Positions 48,487 through 58,025 of a stretch of 60,274 nt of DNA are shown here, in pieces; within the stretch, counting starts at the first letter, position 1; every line of letters begins with the position of its first letter. Location: IMG/VR virus record IMGVR_UViG_3300027976_000041, positions 1 to 60,274 of that record. One strand, 5' to 3'. The notes under the pieces are model-generated. The model had not been told where the DNA came from, searched no databases, and saw only the letters and a program-made list of their open reading frames with translations. This DNA comes from a virus (taxonomy: Duplodnaviria; Caudoviricetes). Position numbers and translations under genes: made by a program.

Positions 48487-49115
48487 TTTTTATTTCTTTT
48501 CTTGTTTATTTTTCTCAGAGTGCTTTGGAATTCTGCAATGTCTTCAGTTAGATCTGGGTGAATGTCCATCACTGGTACAAAATCGGTTATAACTTCTAAT
48601 TTATCTTCGACAATCAATTCGAAATATTTAGGTTCAACTATAGGAGTCATTTCAATTGTCTCAAAACCAGATGCTAGAATATCTTGAAATTCCTCACTGA
48701 GCGGATCAATAGTTATCACAGAATTATCAACAACTATCACTGGTTCGAGTGATTCATTAATTATCAATTGTTCTTTTGTGGCTAGTAATTGCCATGGGTT
48801 CATCAATTCAGGTTCGCTAATGATGTTAACTGCTATGACAGGAGTCATTTCGATAATGATAATCTCAGGCTTACCAAACACAAGCTTAGGTATGATCGTA
48901 TATAACTTACCACGAACATGTTCCTGATTTTTTATATCACCGGTCAACTTCATGATCACTGTAGATTTATCTGAGTTAATGTTGGCATAATTGTATAACT
49001 CAGAATAGAATGAATCGTTTTCCAACCAATATTCGTGTGTGTCGGTATTGATAATAATTATATTATCATCAACGGAGCACCAATTATTTTTTTGATAATG
49101 TTCTTTCATTAGCAT
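48483..49115 (-). CDS. Hypothetical protein
   Basis: 210-aa ORF between primase and nrdA; internal IEMTP repeat. Confidence 0.55.
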   Translation of the reverse strand: MLMKEHYQKNNWCSVDDNIIIINTDTHEYWLENDSFYSELYNYANINSDKSTVIMKLTGDIKNQEHVRGKLYTIIPKLVFGKPEIIIIEMTPVIAVNIISEPELMNPWQLLATKEQLIINESLEPVIVVDNSVITIDPLSEEFQDILASGFETIEMTPIVEPKYFELIVEDKLEVITDFVPVMDIHPDLTEDIAEFQSTLRKINKKRNKK

Positions 49116-50125
49116 CTTCTTTCTAGGGCTAGAGATAATAGAGCTCCCGCCCCACTCTTTTTGTTACTTAATATGTATTGTTCGATGTCATTAGACGATA
49201 TCCCAGACTGAACAATTTCGTTGATATCTTTTTTCCAGTGATCTGGTAATAGACAGATCGTATAACCATTTATCACAGCCTTTTTCAATTGCAATAGCAC
49301 ATGGGGATTTCTACGAAAGTCATTGTCGGGTATGATAATCACCTGTTCTTTATGGGCTTCTAGAAAAGCGGACTTGTAACTAGCACGACCTATTCCAACA
49401 CAGTTATTAAGAAACATGGAATCGATCTGTCCCTCTACTACGAAAATGGGGGCTTTGATATCAATATGATTCAACCCATAAATAAATTCCTTTGTGTCGT
49501 CCGTTCTAAGATGGATATATTTTGGCTGTTCTTTACCAAAAGCCCGACAGCTAAACCCAAGTAGATTATTATTTAGGTCATAGTAGGGTATGATCAGTCG
49601 AGGCACGTCACGTTTGAACTTGGCGAAGATGGGATCGATTCGAGATGCCCATTTATAAAACTTTGGCGCTAGGAAAAATTGTATATACCGATGCTTTGGG
49701 ATACCACGGTCGATAATATACTTTACGGCTGGATTATTTTGATCAAGCTCGATGTATGAAACTAAGCCGTCAAGATAGTTTAGTTTTGGTTTTTCAATAA
49801 CAGCCACAGGTTCCACGAGCACGGGACGATATTCTTCTTTACTCTCCCATACGCCAGCCTTAAAATTCTCGAGACAATATTCTTTATATAGACCTGGATC
49901 GATATCTTGAATAAACTTGGAAAGGGGAAGAGACTCACCACAATTAAAGCATTTTAACAGGGTAACATTTTTATAAGTTAAAAAGTGACCACGCTTCTTG
50001 TTAGAATCGGAGCGTTCGCAAGTATGTGAAAAACTAGCAACAACTGATGCTGTGTTTTTGTATACAAGATTTCTTAGACGTGATGACACAAGCCCAATAA
50101 ATTTACGATCAATAATTATACACAT
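49109..50125 (-). CDS. DNA primase gp61
   Basis: SN.KRG, KCFNCG, PRLIIP, GF..RA, VVEG.IDSMFL.N, DN..RN, KDINE. Confidence 0.92.
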   Translation of the reverse strand: MCIIIDRKFIGLVSSRLRNLVYKNTASVVASFSHTCERSDSNKKRGHFLTYKNVTLLKCFNCGESLPLSKFIQDIDPGLYKEYCLENFKAGVWESKEEYRPVLVEPVAVIEKPKLNYLDGLVSYIELDQNNPAVKYIIDRGIPKHRYIQFFLAPKFYKWASRIDPIFAKFKRDVPRLIIPYYDLNNNLLGFSCRAFGKEQPKYIHLRTDDTKEFIYGLNHIDIKAPIFVVEGQIDSMFLNNCVGIGRASYKSAFLEAHKEQVIIIPDNDFRRNPHVLLQLKKAVINGYTICLLPDHWKKDINEIVQSGISSNDIEQYILSNKKSGAGALLSLALERRC

Positions 50126-50130
50126 AGTTT

Positions 50131-50141
50131 ATTATAACACA
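50131..50141 (-). promoter_or_regulatory. Extended -10 promoter directly before the primase ATG
   Basis: TGTGTTATAAT followed by 5 nt and then ATG. Confidence 0.6.
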
Positions 50142-50175
50142 TAAGTTAGATAGATATAATAAATTGTGGTATAAG

Positions 50176-50200
50176 AGAAGTTCGCCCGCAACGCGGGCTC
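50176..50200 (-). terminator. Probable terminator hairpin
   Basis: GCCCGC-gtt-GCGGGC followed by a pyrimidine tract. Confidence 0.5.
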
Positions 50201-50204
50201 TAGA

Positions 50205-50405
50205 TTAAGAACCGCCGCTACGTTGATACATATCTAATACATAGCTAATTACTTTCGCCGAATTAAGCCCCCAGGTCTCGCTTGGGCTTTTAAATCTAAG
50301 TGCGCTATTCTGGCTGTGCCACCACATGTTAACTAATTCCTGTGATCCAAGCATGGCCATTAGAAATGGGGCCAATTGCTCTTTAGTTTCTATATTATAG
50401 ATCAT
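50205..50405 (-). CDS. Small protein resembling the Xre/MbcA/ParS C-terminal antitoxin domain
   Basis: LGS.E.V..WW.S.N.AL..KSP pattern. Confidence 0.5.
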   Translation of the reverse strand: MIYNIETKEQLAPFLMAMLGSQELVNMWWHSQNSALRFKSPSETWGLNSAKVISYVLDMYQRSGGS

Positions 50406-51046
50406 TAAAACTCAATCGGGCCAATTCTATCGGCCATATTATATTGTACAACCTGTTCGGGCGCAAGATAAATATCATGATCTGTCACTAGAAACTTACG
50501 AATAATTTTCTCATCTAATCCAGTATGTTTAATATAATGCTGCATTATCATACGATCTAAACGGTCATACTCGCTCTGTAGGCTTTTGAGTTCCGTGTAG
50601 GAGCCCTCGGACACTGTATTGAAGTTATGGGTCAGTGTCATGCACGATGGCGTGATCACTCGGCGGCCCTTCGCGCCAGCCATGAAGATCAATAAACCGG
50701 CGGACTGAATCTGGCCGATACCAACGGTCTTGATTGGAATCTTGGATGCAGTAATGGCTTCAACAATAGCCATGCCGCCACACAAGTCGCCGCCTTCCGA
50801 ATTAATAAGAATCGTGAGTTCTGGCGGGGGATTATCGACAATATTCATCATAACAATCCACTGAACCATATCTGCCGCGGATTCGGTCGTTATCTCGGAG
50901 AATAATAAAAACGGCCCAAGTTTCTCTTGGAATTCGATTCTAGTTAAATCGAAATTCTCTTGTTTAATTGGGGTCTTTTTTGATACGGGCTTTTTGATTG
51001 GAGACCTTTTGATTGGAGACTTTTTGATTGGTGATTTTTTCGTCAT
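50405..51046 (-). CDS. clpP: ClpP protease subunit with N-terminal KKSPI repeats
   Basis: LINSEGG, G...SAG (Ser), RR...P....H (His), D.YL..E.V.Y..AD (Asp); GGAGAGG SD. Confidence 0.88.
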   Translation of the reverse strand: MTKKSPIKKSPIKRSPIKKPVSKKTPIKQENFDLTRIEFQEKLGPFLLFSEITTESAADMVQWIVMMNIVDNPPPELTILINSEGGDLCGGMAIVEAITASKIPIKTVGIGQIQSAGLLIFMAGAKGRRVITPSCMTLTHNFNTVSEGSYTELKSLQSEYDRLDRMIMQHYIKHTGLDEKIIRKFLVTDHDIYLAPEQVVQYNMADRIGPIEF

Positions 51047-51548
51047 TGACTGCCTCTCCAGTATAGAATATATGATTTCCGATCTGCATATGGTATTTAT
51101 ATCCGAATCGTTCATAAAACGATTTTACTGTAGTATTGTGAAAAAACAGAGATCCGACCGTATTATCTTTGATAGATTTAGATATCACCAAATTATAGGC
51201 TATCTCTTTAATTTTAGAGGATATTTTAGTGGCAATGGCTGTCGATTCCAACATATTAATAGTCCAAGAAAATTGATACGGTTGATAAACCACACCACAG
51301 ATACTATTTGGAAATCTAATATTTTTGACACGATTCATTGTGACGTGGCCCACGGCGATAATACCCATTTGAGACTCGCCGCGAGCCTCGTAATGGAGAT
51401 TGAGTTCCATACACCGGAGTTCTGTTTTTAGCTTTTTGTTTATTAGAACAAATTCTGGCTTCAGAATCATGTGACCAACGACTGCGTTGTGATAAAAAAA
51501 GCCGATTATAATATTTATGAATAGAATAGATTTAATTAATTTTTGCAT
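50964..51548 (-). CDS. SleB-like cell wall hydrolase (Hydrolase_2)
   Basis: CM..N.HYEARGES..G..AV..VTMNRV...FP.SICGVVYQ..QFSW, IGNHIFY; hydrophobic N-terminus. Confidence 0.88.
   Translation of the reverse strand: MQKLIKSILFINIIIGFFYHNAVVGHMILKPEFVLINKKLKTELRCMELNLHYEARGESQMGIIAVGHVTMNRVKNIRFPNSICGVVYQPYQFSWTINMLESTAIATKISSKIKEIAYNLVISKSIKDNTVGSLFFHNTTVKSFYERFGYKYHMQIGNHIFYTGEAVNDEKITNQKVSNQKVSNQKARIKKDPN
50966..51040 (-). repeat. Five 15-bp tandem repeats read in two frames
   Basis: AAAAAGTCTCCAATC-like units: KKSPI in ClpP, NQKVS in the hydrolase. Confidence 0.85.
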
Positions 51549-51606
51549 GTATCTTATATTGATACCAACCCAATCGTGGGAAGAATACCGATGTCGAATA
51601 TTTCAA

Positions 51607-51810
51607 TTATCGTTTGTAATGAACTGGTCGTTCATATAAACCGCCTTCGGAACGATATACTGATATGTAATGGCCGTTCTTCGAACCATCTTGAAAGGTC
51701 CAACTACGAGTTTCACCGTAGACAATGGCCCGAGAAGTTTCCCCCCATGTGTCAATCAAGCCCTCGGATTCGAGTGCAGCATTTAGTGTGGGAAAGTAAT
51801 TTTGTTTCAT
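51607..51810 (-). CDS. Hypothetical early protein (probably leaderless)
   Basis: QNYF.TLN.ALE...ISVYR...G.YERPVHY; ATG 5 nt after the -10 box. Confidence 0.7.
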   Translation of the reverse strand: MKQNYFPTLNAALESEGLIDTWGETSRAIVYGETRSWTFQDGSKNGHYISVYRSEGGLYERPVHYKR

Positions 51811-51815
51811 GTTTC

Positions 51816-51845
51816 ATTATAACACAAACAAGAATAAAAGTAAAA
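51816..51845 (-). promoter_or_regulatory. Early promoter
   Basis: 29 of 30 nt identical to 34587-34616. Confidence 0.85.
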
Positions 51846-51885
51846 ATAAAAACGCGGCCTAAGATAGCTCCTTATCATCTAGGCC
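51846..51885 (-). terminator. Probable terminator of the prkA-spoVR operon
   Basis: GGCCTAGAT...ATCTTAGGCC followed by gcgtttttattttt. Confidence 0.55.
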
Positions 51886-52046
51886 CGGTGCACCTCGGCT
51901 AACGAAAAGATTATTTCGTCATTGCCAACAATAAAACGAATATAACAACAGAGATAAATCCACCCAATACTACTGTGATTGATTGTGTCGCAATTGTTAC
52001 AATAACAGAAACCAAGAGCGAGATAAAACAAAAACTTTAAACATAG

Positions 52047-53549
52047 TTATTCCTCAAAATCTTCGGTAGAAACCGTATCTGATTCCACACCATCTATAAA
52101 TGTAGAAAGTTCTACTTTAAATCCCCAAAGATTTTGAACGTGTTGCAATACGGCTAATGTATCCTTTTCGTGTAATTCAGAACCATCCTGGGAAATATAA
52201 TGGAGTTCTAAACGCCGGGTTGAATTTAGATTGGCAGAATATACTTGAATATTAGGAGTAATTTTAGATCGATCATATCTATTAGCTAGAGTAGCTCTAA
52301 TCTCTTTATAACCCTTTTCGTCATGAATTTGTTCAACGACATACGCACGATCATTTAAATCGGCGATCTGAAACATTCTAAATTCCCGCATAACCTTAGG
52401 CCCGAGGAACTGTCGTATACCCGATTCGTCGTTGTAGTTTGCAACAATATCTCGAATTACTCCAAAGTGATTGCCTTTGCCCGCAATGGCGGGAAACCAT
52501 TGGCGATCTTCTTCATCTGGTTTAGTACAGATTCGTTCTATATCACGCAGAATTGCCAGACCGAGTGCATAGGGATTAAAATTTGGGCCAACCTGCTCAA
52601 AGGTACCTTGACGCACAACAGCGGACTGTACATCTGCGATCTCAAGCATAGAGCCTTCAGAGATTAATCCCTTTTCATACAGCCGACCCAAAATATACAT
52701 GTGCGTATATGTGGCCATACCTTCATTAAGAACCTTTGTTTTCGACTGCCCATTAAAGTATGTTGCTATGGTGCGAACGATTCTAATTATCTCGCGTTTC
52801 CATGGGGCTAGTGATGGGGAGTGCTTTTCGATAAATTTTAGAATATTTTCTTCTGTATCGATAGGGAATTTCTTGTGTTCAGTTTCTATAACCTTTGGAG
52901 GTTCTGGTAATGTACTATCCATTACAATATCAACCTGTGATAAAAGATATTCTTCTCGAGCTAGACGATGAGCTGTATCTTCGGCTAGATTAAATACTTT
53001 CTTTTTTGTTTTATCAACCCCCTGTTGCTCTAGAGCGTGAGCTGAATCCAATATAGATTCCACTTCGCCTAGGCCATATTTTTCTTCGCAATTAGAGATA
53101 AATTTCTTAGCGAATGTAAGATAATCTATTATAGAATCCGCCATACCCAATTCTTTAAATAGATAGTTATGTTTAAAGAAATGATTGTGGCCGAATGCGG
53201 CGTGCGCTATAACTAGTGCTTGTATAGTTGCAGAGTTGCCCTCCATAATAAAATTGATACATGGGTTTGTGTTAATTACAATCTCATATGCCAGTCCGCT
53301 ATGGCCCTTCCTATAGTTATATTCATCTCTAGCAAATGATTTTCCAAAGCTCCAATGATTATATCCCGTGGTAAGGCCGACTCGACTATACGCATCTAGC
53401 ATCTGTTCGCTTGTAGTGATATAGAATGTGTTTGGATATATATCTAATCCCATTTCACTGATGGCGATTTTTTCACACTCAACTGCTATTTTAGAAATAG
53501 TATCGGCATTCCACTCGTTATCGACAAAAAGTAATTTAGATTTTTTCAT
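52047..53549 (-). CDS. spoVR: SpoVR/YcgB family protein
   Basis: HWSFGK, GLAYEIVIN.NPCI, AHAAFGHNHFFK, TKV.NEG.ATY.H, NPYALG. Confidence 0.95.
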   Translation of the reverse strand: MKKSKLLFVDNEWNADTISKIAVECEKIAISEMGLDIYPNTFYITTSEQMLDAYSRVGLTTGYNHWSFGKSFARDEYNYRKGHSGLAYEIVINTNPCINFIMEGNSATIQALVIAHAAFGHNHFFKHNYLFKELGMADSIIDYLTFAKKFISNCEEKYGLGEVESILDSAHALEQQGVDKTKKKVFNLAEDTAHRLAREEYLLSQVDIVMDSTLPEPPKVIETEHKKFPIDTEENILKFIEKHSPSLAPWKREIIRIVRTIATYFNGQSKTKVLNEGMATYTHMYILGRLYEKGLISEGSMLEIADVQSAVVRQGTFEQVGPNFNPYALGLAILRDIERICTKPDEEDRQWFPAIAGKGNHFGVIRDIVANYNDESGIRQFLGPKVMREFRMFQIADLNDRAYVVEQIHDEKGYKEIRATLANRYDRSKITPNIQVYSANLNSTRRLELHYISQDGSELHEKDTLAVLQHVQNLWGFKVELSTFIDGVESDTVSTEDFEE

Positions 53550-54823
53550 GGTGTATCTCTAGAAAAAATTTCCCGAAACACGGCATAAATTCCTGATGGG
53601 AATATCAATTTTTTCAAGACGATATTTTCGTGCGCAGTTCGCAATTTTTCATATAAGCCCCACAAACTTGTTTTTCTGATATCGGACATATTAAATGAAC
53701 TAACATGTTCTGAAGTTAATTCGGTATAGATAAAATACTGTAGTTTTGGCAATAAATCTTCTAAATATTTTTGTACGGCTGGATTATCACTTTCGAAATT
53801 ATCGCCGTCACTAGAAGAAGCACAATAAATATTCCATTCTTCTATGGGATATCTAGCCTTGATGATTTCTGTTACTAGTTTGAATGCTGTTGATACTATA
53901 GTGCCACCCGATTCTTTGCCGTAAAAGAATTCATCTTCATCGCACTCTTTCGCCTCAGTCGTGTGTCTGATAAAAACCACGTCTATATTTTTATATTTAG
54001 AAGATAAGAACATATGCAGAAGCATATAGAATCTTTTAGCGAGATCCTTTTCATATTCTCCGACAGAGCCAGATACATCCATCACACAAAACATCACCGC
54101 CTGGTTCATGGGTTTAGTTTGTATTTCAAACTTTTTATATTTTAGATCAATTGGATCAAGAAAAGTTATAGCATTGGCTTTTCGTTTTAATCGGGCGATT
54201 TCTTCAATAATAGAATCACGCTCTTCATCATCTAGTTCTTCAAATAATAGAATCTTTTCAAGCTCTAAGATTTTTCGAAGCTTTGGAAATTTCAGCGCGA
54301 TACGTCGCCCCAATGAATTTATCATTGACTGTTCTAAATCTAGTAGAGACGGGTTTCCAGAGGAAGAATATCCAGCTCGATTTCGTACAGTAGAGTTTAC
54401 TTGCTTTGATGATTTTTTGATAAAGTCCGGTAGTTCAAGCCCATCAAATAATATTTCGGCGTATTCTTCTTTGGATAAAACGAATTCGAATTCGTCTTCG
54501 CCGGAACCAGAATCAGATGCATCATTACCTTTGCCTTTATTCTTTTCGGGCTTTTTAATGAGATCATCGACAACGAATTCTTCATTTCCCGGAAGAACAT
54601 ACTTGCCTTTAACAGTATTCGGATCATGACGAAAATGCGGCTCTGAAATCCCATCGATCGGGATTTTAACTTTCTGTTGACCAGTATTAGTAATAGAACG
54701 CTCTGATACTGTATCCCGGATAGCTTTCTTAATCGATTCTCGTGCTCTTCTAATAAATCGGCCCCGATTGCCCAGTGACTTACCGCCCGGATTAGTTCTT
54801 CTATCAACAATAGTATGTGACAT
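53546..54823 (-). CDS. yeaH: YeaH/YhbH (DUF444) VWA-like protein
   Basis: DRR.N..GKS..NR.RF, PGN.EF, AVMFC.MDVSGS, FIRH, ESGGT, SDGDN. Confidence 0.95.
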   Translation of the reverse strand: MSHTIVDRRTNPGGKSLGNRGRFIRRARESIKKAIRDTVSERSITNTGQQKVKIPIDGISEPHFRHDPNTVKGKYVLPGNEEFVVDDLIKKPEKNKGKGNDASDSGSGEDEFEFVLSKEEYAEILFDGLELPDFIKKSSKQVNSTVRNRAGYSSSGNPSLLDLEQSMINSLGRRIALKFPKLRKILELEKILLFEELDDEERDSIIEEIARLKRKANAITFLDPIDLKYKKFEIQTKPMNQAVMFCVMDVSGSVGEYEKDLAKRFYMLLHMFLSSKYKNIDVVFIRHTTEAKECDEDEFFYGKESGGTIVSTAFKLVTEIIKARYPIEEWNIYCASSSDGDNFESDNPAVQKYLEDLLPKLQYFIYTELTSEHVSSFNMSDIRKTSLWGLYEKLRTAHENIVLKKLIFPSGIYAVFREIFSRDTP

Positions 54824-54824
54824 A

Positions 54825-55157
54825 TTAAACTGAGAAGGATGATCCACAGCTACATGTAGATGTAGCGCCGGGATTATTCGTGACGACAAATTGTGCGCCA
54901 GCCAGATTGTCATTATAATCTATAATAGATCCAACCAGATACTGATAGCTCATTGCGTCGATCAAGAGGGTTACACCGTTCGTGACCGTGGTCATATCGT
55001 CTTCCTCGATATCTTCGGCGAACGCGAATCCGTAGGAAAAGCCAGAACAGCCTCCACCCTGTACAAAAACGCGTAGCATAAGACCGGGCTTGCCGTCTTC
55101 GGCGAGTAACTCTGCAACCTTTACGGCCGCTGATTCGGTAAAAATTATTTCTGTCAT
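54825..55157 (-). CDS. erpA: A-type Fe-S carrier ErpA
   Basis: [47 protein letters not shown]. Confidence 0.92.
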   Translation of the reverse strand: MTEIIFTESAAVKVAELLAEDGKPGLMLRVFVQGGGCSGFSYGFAFAEDIEEDDMTTVTNGVTLLIDAMSYQYLVGSIIDYNDNLAGAQFVVTNNPGATSTCSCGSSFSV

Positions 55158-55483
55158 ACTTTTTTGATGTGAAAACTTTCGCCGCAACCACACATTGTAT
55201 CGACGTTAGGATTGTCAAATTTGAACATCTGCTTGAGCCCTTCGGTGACGAAATCTATACGACTACCATCAAGATATTGTAGATTTATCTTATCGATCAA
55301 TACCGTGGCACCATATGCCTCAAATATATTATCTGTATCTGTTACATTGCCTGCTATTTCGAATGTGTGTGCCAAACCAGTACACCCAACCTTCTTGATA
55401 CCGATTCGCAATCCAATACCTGGCTGTTTCTCAAGTTGGTGGCGAATCTGTTTCGCGCAATTTTCAGTTAGTATGATTGCCAT
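55154..55483 (-). CDS. iscA: A-type Fe-S carrier IscA
   Basis: MAI.LTE, GLRIG.K..GCTG, FKF.NPN....CGCGESF. Confidence 0.92.
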   Translation of the reverse strand: MAIILTENCAKQIRHQLEKQPGIGLRIGIKKVGCTGLAHTFEIAGNVTDTDNIFEAYGATVLIDKINLQYLDGSRIDFVTEGLKQMFKFDNPNVDTMCGCGESFHIKKV

Positions 55484-56042
55484 GGGAAAGCCTTATTATA
55501 TTTATAATGTCAACAAGTTCTGGGCTCTGGAGTACTTCAGTGTGCCCATAGTTCAGAATTATTTCATTTGACTGTTTATATAGTTCTCGTTGACTTTCGA
55601 TGGTAATAACCCCATCGTTTTTTCCAAACCATAAGACATCAAAACCGTGGGTAGTAACAATATTAGTCCATGGGCATGCCGGAGGCATATGTCGCGGGCG
55701 ACTTGTCCACATTCCAGTTCTACTCAACATTATTAACCAGTGTGGTATCCGATTGAATGATGACCAGAAGCTAACGTATTTACTACCGCCCCAAGGTGTT
55801 CCAATAGAGATTCCGTGAGTTACAAGCTCTGGATTCCGTTTAGCCAAATGCCAGGCATAAAGACCGCCCATGCTGTGTCCAACAACGATGCACGGTTCGG
55901 TGATGTGCTTCTCCATCGCGATGAGATTATCTTCCGGCGATAATGTCATTTCCCAAGATAAACGAGTATTTGACATATGCGCACCGACCCAATTCCAGGA
56001 TATATTTGATGCATGTGCGCCATGAATCAATAGGATTTTCAT
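55464..56042 (-). CDS. Alpha/beta hydrolase
   Basis: LIHGA, VGHSMGG, GTPWGGS, NDGV, H.EVL. Confidence 0.88.
   Translation of the reverse strand: MKILLIHGAHASNISWNWVGAHMSNTRLSWEMTLSPEDNLIAMEKHITEPCIVVGHSMGGLYAWHLAKRNPELVTHGISIGTPWGGSKYVSFWSSFNRIPHWLIMLSRTGMWTSRPRHMPPACPWTNIVTTHGFDVLWFGKNDGVITIESQRELYKQSNEIILNYGHTEVLQSPELVDIINIIRLSHGNHTN
55499..55506 (-). promoter_or_regulatory. Late promoter TATAAATA upstream of iscA (inside the hydrolase 3' end)
   Basis: Exact consensus 15 nt upstream of the ATG. Confidence 0.65.
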
Positions 56043-56046
56043 AATA

Positions 56047-57984
56047 CTAACTCTTGGCGATACGAAGATACCATTCAACTAAACGCCGGACGGTTTTTTC
56101 AGTGTAACCTTTTTCAATCATCCGTTTCAGGAATTCAGCATGTTTCTCGCCATCGGCTTTTGAGGCTTTTGCGCTAAAAGATATAACCGGTAACATTTCG
56201 TCAGTCGCGCTGAACATCTTTTTCTCGATCACTTCGCGTAGCTTCTCATAGGAAGTCCATGCGGGATTCTTACCCTTATTCTGAGCACGGGATCGCATTA
56301 CAAAGTTTACGACCTCGGCTCTAAAATCTTTAGGATTAGAAATCTGGGCGGCCTTCTCTATTTTCTCAAGTTCCTTATTCAGGACTGCTCGATCAAACAT
56401 CTGGCCCGTGTCGGCATCTTTAAATTCGATATCCTGAACCCAGTGATCAGCGTAATCGATATATCGGTCAAACATATGCTGACCGAAGTCGGAGTACGAA
56501 TCTAAGTATGCTTTCTGAATTTCATGGCCGATATATTCTTTATACTTCTCGGTCATGTGTATCTTAACAATCTCCAGTAAAGAGGTTGCCTGATCTTCTG
56601 GAAATTGCTCCTGTTTAATTGCGCGTTCTAATACATACATTAAATGCACGGGATCACACGAAACTTCAGTGGGATCAAAATTGTATGTTTGTGACAGGAT
56701 TTTGAAGGCGAATCGAGTAGAGATGCCACGCATGCCCTCATCGACTCCAGCATTCTCTTTGTACTCTTGGAGAGTTTTGGCCTTAGGGTCTTTGTCCCGT
56801 AAATTCTCACCGTTATATACAGCCATCTTCGAAACCTTGGAAGAATTTTCGTGCTCCTTCAGACGGGACAATACAGAGAAGTCTGCTAGAAGTTCCATAG
56901 TCATCGGTGCGCATGGGGCAGTTTTCAGGGATGATTCGCCTATCATCTTCTTGTATACTTTAACCTCTTCTGTGGTCCGGAGGCAATATGGAACTTTAAC
57001 AATATAGATACGATCCAAGAAGGCTTCGTTATTCCGGTTTGAACGGAATGTGATCCATTCAGCCTCATTCGAGTGAGCCAAAATAATTCCGTTAAATGGA
57101 ATCGCGCCGAGCCCTTCTTCAGTTCCGTTATAGTTACCTTCTTGTGTAGCAGTTAAAAGCGGGTGAAGAACTTTGATCGGTGCTTTGAACATCTCGACGA
57201 ACTCAAGGATACCCTGATTCGACAAACACAAACCTCCGGAATAGGAATATGCATCTGTGTCGGATTGAGAAAATTCCTCAAGCATCCTGATGTTAACTTT
57301 TCCGCAGAGAGCAGAAATATCTTGATTATTATCATCACCAGGTTCAGTTTTGGAAATTGCTACTTGATTCAGCTTTGAAGGCCACATCTTCATAACAGAG
57401 AATTTAGAAAGATCGCCGTCACATTCCTTGAGACGTTTCAGAACCCATGGTGATGGAATCTGATTTAGATAACGTGTCGGAATATTATATTCGGCTTCAA
57501 TATGTTCCTTCAGAGCTGGGTCAGTGAATAGACCGAGGGGAGATTCGAAAACTGGGGAAACTTGGTTACCGAACTTCAGTACGTAGATCGGTTGTTTTTC
57601 CATCATGTTTTTTAGACATTCCGCAATGGAAGATTTTGCTGAACCCACTGGTCCAAGTAGATACAATACCTGTTTACGTTCTTCAAGCCCTTGTGCAGAG
57701 TGTCGGAAGTAACCAACGATTCGTTCAATTGTATCTTCCATACCGTAGAGATCCGCGAAGGGTTTATAACGGCTGATGGTTCGATTTTGAAAAATACGTG
57801 ATAGTGTATGATCCGTAGATGTATTAATTACCTCAGGTTCACCGAACGACTTTAACATTCGCTCGGCTGGAGAGGCATAAGTGTCTGGAGAGGTTTTACA
57901 TAGGTCCAAATATTCTTCAAGTGAAAATTCTTCACTGTTCTTTGATTTTGCAACGTCGGAATACAGAGAAAACAGTTTATTCAT
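56047..57984 (-). CDS. prkA: PrkA/YeaG AAA+ serine-kinase family protein
   Basis: LLGPVGSAKSS Walker A, EPGDDNNQDIS, GILEFVEMFKAP, AHSNE.EW, NEAFLDRI, PKDFR.EVV. Confidence 0.96.
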   Translation of the reverse strand: MNKLFSLYSDVAKSKNSEEFSLEEYLDLCKTSPDTYASPAERMLKSFGEPEVINTSTDHTLSRIFQNRTISRYKPFADLYGMEDTIERIVGYFRHSAQGLEERKQVLYLLGPVGSAKSSIAECLKNMMEKQPIYVLKFGNQVSPVFESPLGLFTDPALKEHIEAEYNIPTRYLNQIPSPWVLKRLKECDGDLSKFSVMKMWPSKLNQVAISKTEPGDDNNQDISALCGKVNIRMLEEFSQSDTDAYSYSGGLCLSNQGILEFVEMFKAPIKVLHPLLTATQEGNYNGTEEGLGAIPFNGIILAHSNEAEWITFRSNRNNEAFLDRIYIVKVPYCLRTTEEVKVYKKMIGESSLKTAPCAPMTMELLADFSVLSRLKEHENSSKVSKMAVYNGENLRDKDPKAKTLQEYKENAGVDEGMRGISTRFAFKILSQTYNFDPTEVSCDPVHLMYVLERAIKQEQFPEDQATSLLEIVKIHMTEKYKEYIGHEIQKAYLDSYSDFGQHMFDRYIDYADHWVQDIEFKDADTGQMFDRAVLNKELEKIEKAAQISNPKDFRAEVVNFVMRSRAQNKGKNPAWTSYEKLREVIEKKMFSATDEMLPVISFSAKASKADGEKHAEFLKRMIEKGYTEKTVRRLVEWYLRIAKS

Positions 57985-58025
57985 TTTGTTTCTTTCAGCT
58001 AAGTTAATTCATAACAACTATCATT

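Noticed and set aside
52047-57984. Host chromosomal contamination or prophage boundary
   Set aside because: The block is AT-rich like the phage, compactly packed, has T4 late promoters and is flanked by phage genes.
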